Shown here: piece after piece, positions 30,666-32,000 of the stretch
Numbering within the stretch: the stretch's first letter is position 1
How the letters are laid out: the number at the start of each line of letters is the position of its first letter
NCBI GenBank assembly: GCA_046497275.1
Contig: JAWOFX010000035.1
Span: forward strand, 1-32,000
Source of the DNA: Promethearchaeia archaeon
GTDB taxonomy: Archaea > Asgardarchaeota > Lokiarchaeia > Sigyniarchaeales > SOKP01
Length of the DNA stretch: 32,000 bases
Direction: 5' to 3'
Position numbers and translations under genes: made by a program
The notes under the pieces: model-generated
Seen by the model: the letters and a program-made list of their open reading frames with translations, nothing else
Database searches by the model: none
Told to the model about the DNA's origin: nothing

Positions 30666-32000
30666 TTAGGTTGATCTTCTTTTTTTTGTTATTTGAATCA
30701 TGAGATAGACTCCTAAAATGCCTGTTATTATCAATAGTAAGAAAATATCAAATCCAGGTATTCCTGATGATGGTGAAACCGGTTCTGACTCTACTGTGAC
30801 CTCAATTGTAGCTGAACAGAAATTATCATGAGGATCATATGCTCTAATCTCAATCGAGTAAGTTCCTGAAGAAAGTGTTCCCACGTTTGTGATGACTCCA
30901 TTAACATCAATCTGAAAATTTGTCGTATCATTGATCCAATAGTGGTCGATGCCTGCAAGATCGGACGCGTTTACCTCATAGTTAAAGGGAATACCAAACT
31001 CTATTATTTGATTAGAGGGACTTTCCAACCAATTAGGGATGGTCGTATCTTCCACCGTGATGTTAATAATACTACTTGTGATCAGCCCTATCGTATCATT
31101 AACGTGAATCTCAAGCCAATATACCTGCACTGTTAGTAATGAGCAATTTGTAATCAATCCGTTACTATTGATTTGAAAATTACTTGTATCATTGACCCAA
31201 TATGCATCAATTCCAGAAGCGTCCCAGGCACTCACATCACAACTTAAAGAATCTCCATATTCAAGATTTTGGTCTTCAAGGATATAAACCCAATCGGGCG
31301 GTGTTGTATCTTGAATCGTAATTTTAATCACGGTAGAATTTAAATTTCCAAGAGTATCATTCACGCTGATTTTTAGCCAATATACACCAACAGGAATCTC
31401 TATAAGATGTGTAATTAGTCCATTATCATCAATTTGAAAGTATGTGCTCTCGTTTATCCAGTATGAATCAATACCCGAAAGATCCAACGCGTTCACGTCG
31501 TACGCAAAGTTCGTACCAAATTCGTCTACTTGATCCATTGGGAGGGGATCCCAGCTTGGAGGCGAGGCTGGTTCGATGGTAATTTTAATGGTAGTTGAGA
31601 GGATATTACCGTATGTATCATTGACTGATACTTCAAGCCAGTATTCTCCCGCAAATAGAGTCGTGATATTAGTTATTATGCCAGCTAAATCAATCTGGAA
31701 ATTACTTGTATCATTAATCCAATATGCATTAATTCCCGAGGTATCAGAAGCATTTATGTCATATAAAAATGTGATTCCAAATTCTAAAGTCTGGTTGGTT
31801 GGCATTTGATCCCAGGTTGGAGGATGATTCTCTCCAGGTCCATCATCCCAAATCGGATATCTATCTTGACTTCCCGCACTCCCAGTAATATTGTAGGGTA
31901 TATCTCCGATTCCATCATCGTCGAGATCTACGCCTGAATACATTTCCCAGTAGTCACTCCAATAATTTCCTATTGTTCCATTATCCCATTGATTATTAAA
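30666..32000 (-). CDS. Cell-surface protein (5'-truncated): end of a NosD/parallel beta-helix-type region, four Ig/cadherin-like repeats and a Loki-CTERM-like anchor
   Basis: The frame stays open to the window edge (FNNQWDNGTIGNYWSDYWEMYSGVDLDDDGIGDIPY), so the ORF-track Met at 31943 is internal. Four 87-aa repeats; C-terminus IPGFDIFLLLIITGILGVYLMIQITKKRRST. Confidence 0.88.
   Translation of the reverse strand, partial: FNNQWDNGTIGNYWSDYWEMYSGVDLDDDGIGDIPYNITGSAGSQDRYPIWDDGPGENHPPTWDQMPTNQTLEFGITFLYDINASDTSGINAYWINDTSNFQIDLAGIITNITTLFAGEYWLEVSVNDTYGNILSTTIKITIEPASPPSWDPLPMDQVDEFGTNFAYDVNALDLSGIDSYWINESTYFQIDDNGLITHLIEIPVGVYWLKISVNDTLGNLNSTVIKITIQDTTPPDWVYILEDQNLEYGDSLSCDVSAWDASGIDAYWVNDTSNFQINSNGLITNCSLLTVQVYWLEIHVNDTIGLITSSIINITVEDTTIPNWLESPSNQIIEFGIPFNYEVNASDLAGIDHYWINDTTNFQIDVNGVITNVGTLSSGTYSIEIRAYDPHDNFCSATIEVTVESEPVSPSSGIPGFDIFLLLIITGILGVYLMIQITKKRRST
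30780..31823 (-). repeat. Four tandem 87-aa (261-bp) protein-level repeats
   Basis: Units start PPTWDQ / PPSWDP / PPDWVY / IPNWLE. They share Q..E(F/Y)G, A.D..GI..YW(I/V)N...FQI...G.IT and a Y.(L/I).(V/I)...D motif. Confidence 0.9.

Overview
Very AT-rich, gene-dense archaeal window, most likely from an Asgard archaeon (Lokiarchaeia/Promethearchaeia). Evidence for this is a Loki-CTERM-type C-terminal anchor, an RpoM/TFS-type zinc ribbon, BRE/TATA-like promoters and oligo-T terminators. It holds 28 supportable CDSs, two of them truncated by the window edges. I saw no rRNA, tRNA, CRISPR array or transposase. Most genes are accessory or metabolic: a LolD-like ABC ATPase, SCP2, DUF1801, GDPD, an ADP-forming acyl-CoA synthetase alpha subunit, a SAM methyltransferase, a DMT transporter, a GH2 LacZ with an MFS transporter, three alpha/beta hydrolases, an AmrS radical SAM enzyme, a CocE/NonD hydrolase, two CCG Fe-S proteins, DUF998, two UbiA-like proteins and a repeat-rich surface protein. 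The best candidate for an undescribed system is a two-gene MoxR-type AAA+ / vWA module at 21390-24855. Its ATPase has a non-canonical Walker B (IIINE) and an extra C-terminal domain built from a duplicated ~46-aa Trp/Lys-rich unit. Its partner joins an HExxH metallopeptidase-like domain, a long acidic linker and a MIDAS vWA domain. Other highlights are a catalytically intact RNase III with a dsRBD, a half-TFS protein, a convergent pair of UbiA paralogues with identically rewired motifs, and an Fe-S paralogue pair with asymmetric loss of cluster ligands. All family calls come from motif recognition by eye; no database searches were run.
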